Assembly: GCA_964016885.1 (NCBI GenBank)
Contig: OZ024760.1
Coordinates: 4,216,001 to 4,280,000 of the forward strand
Reading direction: 5' to 3'
DNA length: 64,000 bases
Origin: Eledone cirrhosa
Taxonomy: Eukaryota
In this document: one piece after another, positions 62,984 to 64,000 of the stretch
How positions within the stretch are numbered: position 1 is the first letter of the stretch
How the letters are laid out: each line of letters starts with the position of its first letter
Program-made: the position numbers and the translations under genes
Notes under the pieces: model-generated
The model's input: only the letters and a program-made list of their open reading frames with translations
Told to the model about the DNA's origin: nothing
The model's database searches: none

Positions 62984-64000
62984 CACAAACACGTGTATCT
63001 ACTCATACAGAAATATAGAGAATTATTTCCTTACCAAAATAACAATAACTCATTGTAATTTATTCTGATTTTTATTCAACATCTTTTTTTTTGTTTTTTT
63101 TTTGTTTTTTTTTTCATTTCATTTTTATTTTATTTATTAGTATTTTTTGTATTTTTTTTTAGTTTAGATTTGTTTTCTGAAAAGATTATTTCTCTTAAAA
63201 GCATATTTTCTATTAAAACACAAAAATATTGAAATAAAAATTTGAAAGAAAATATATAAAAGACCTATTGCCATATTTCTTCTTCATCATCACCACCATT
63301 ACCATCTTCATTATCATCATCATCATTACCATCTTCATTATCATTATCATCACCACCATTAGCATCTTCATTATCATCACCATCTTCGTTATCATCACCA
63401 TCATTGATAGTCACCATTATCATCATCATTGATTTTGTGTGTATATATACATATATAGGGAGGTAGCAGTATTCTACAACCAGATGCTCTTCTTCATGCC
63501 AATCCTTATGTTTGTCTATCTATATTACCTACCTCTCTACCTGTATCTATTTTGGTCAAGAACAACAACAAAGCCCAATAGCGGTCCAAAAAAAAATTAT
63601 ATATATAGAATAAAGTCATACAAGTGGATAAATGTTTTATAATAATAAAAAAATATGGAAGAAAATTATTGTAAAATAAATGTAAAATGAAATAGGGCTA
63701 TTATCAGAGTTAAGAGAGAGGAAATGGTGAAGGAAATCGAGGATTGAAGCATAGAATGTTAAATCAAGGAATTATTAAATATTTGACCGCAAGATCCTGT
63801 GGTTTCTACTTGTGACTTCACATAGATGACTGTCTTCAGGAAGAAGCTCGTATGTGTGAAGTCACGAGCAAAAACCACAGGAGCTCATGGTCGAATATTT
63901 TCTTCCTATATATATATATATAATAGTAGAACACTGGAGGGTTATATCCGTAGTAGTCCATGGGACGAGTTTGGTAGAAGTAGTTCCACAACAGTTAGTT

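Overview
Eukaryotic, AT-rich, microsatellite-dense genomic DNA. The SINE/LINE content and intron style suggest a cephalopod such as Octopus (inference). The window is spanned by one + strand spliced gene, a REXO1 / Elongin A-binding protein 1-type DEDDh RNA exonuclease. Fourteen exons were traced with consistent splice phases; the first exon starts before base 1 and the stop is at 60823. A candidate internal promoter and alternative first coding exon (26323-26535) lies in the 26-kb intron. The introns are packed with mobile elements: two Penelope-like (GIY-YIG) retroelements with inverted pseudo-LTRs, two RTE LINEs with a PHD-like finger inside the RT region, an L1/Tx1 LINE, CR1 and Ingi/Vingi fragments, tRNA-derived SINEs, and piggyBac, mariner, hAT and Helitron-like non-autonomous elements. 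There are also three minisatellites. The most striking unannotated signal is a set of short, non-coding, (TA)n-embedded insertions, several of them fold-backs, that carry hammerhead-ribozyme folds (canonical, minimal and covariant U3-A8 cores), often on both strands. All calls were made by eye from the sequence; no database search was run.
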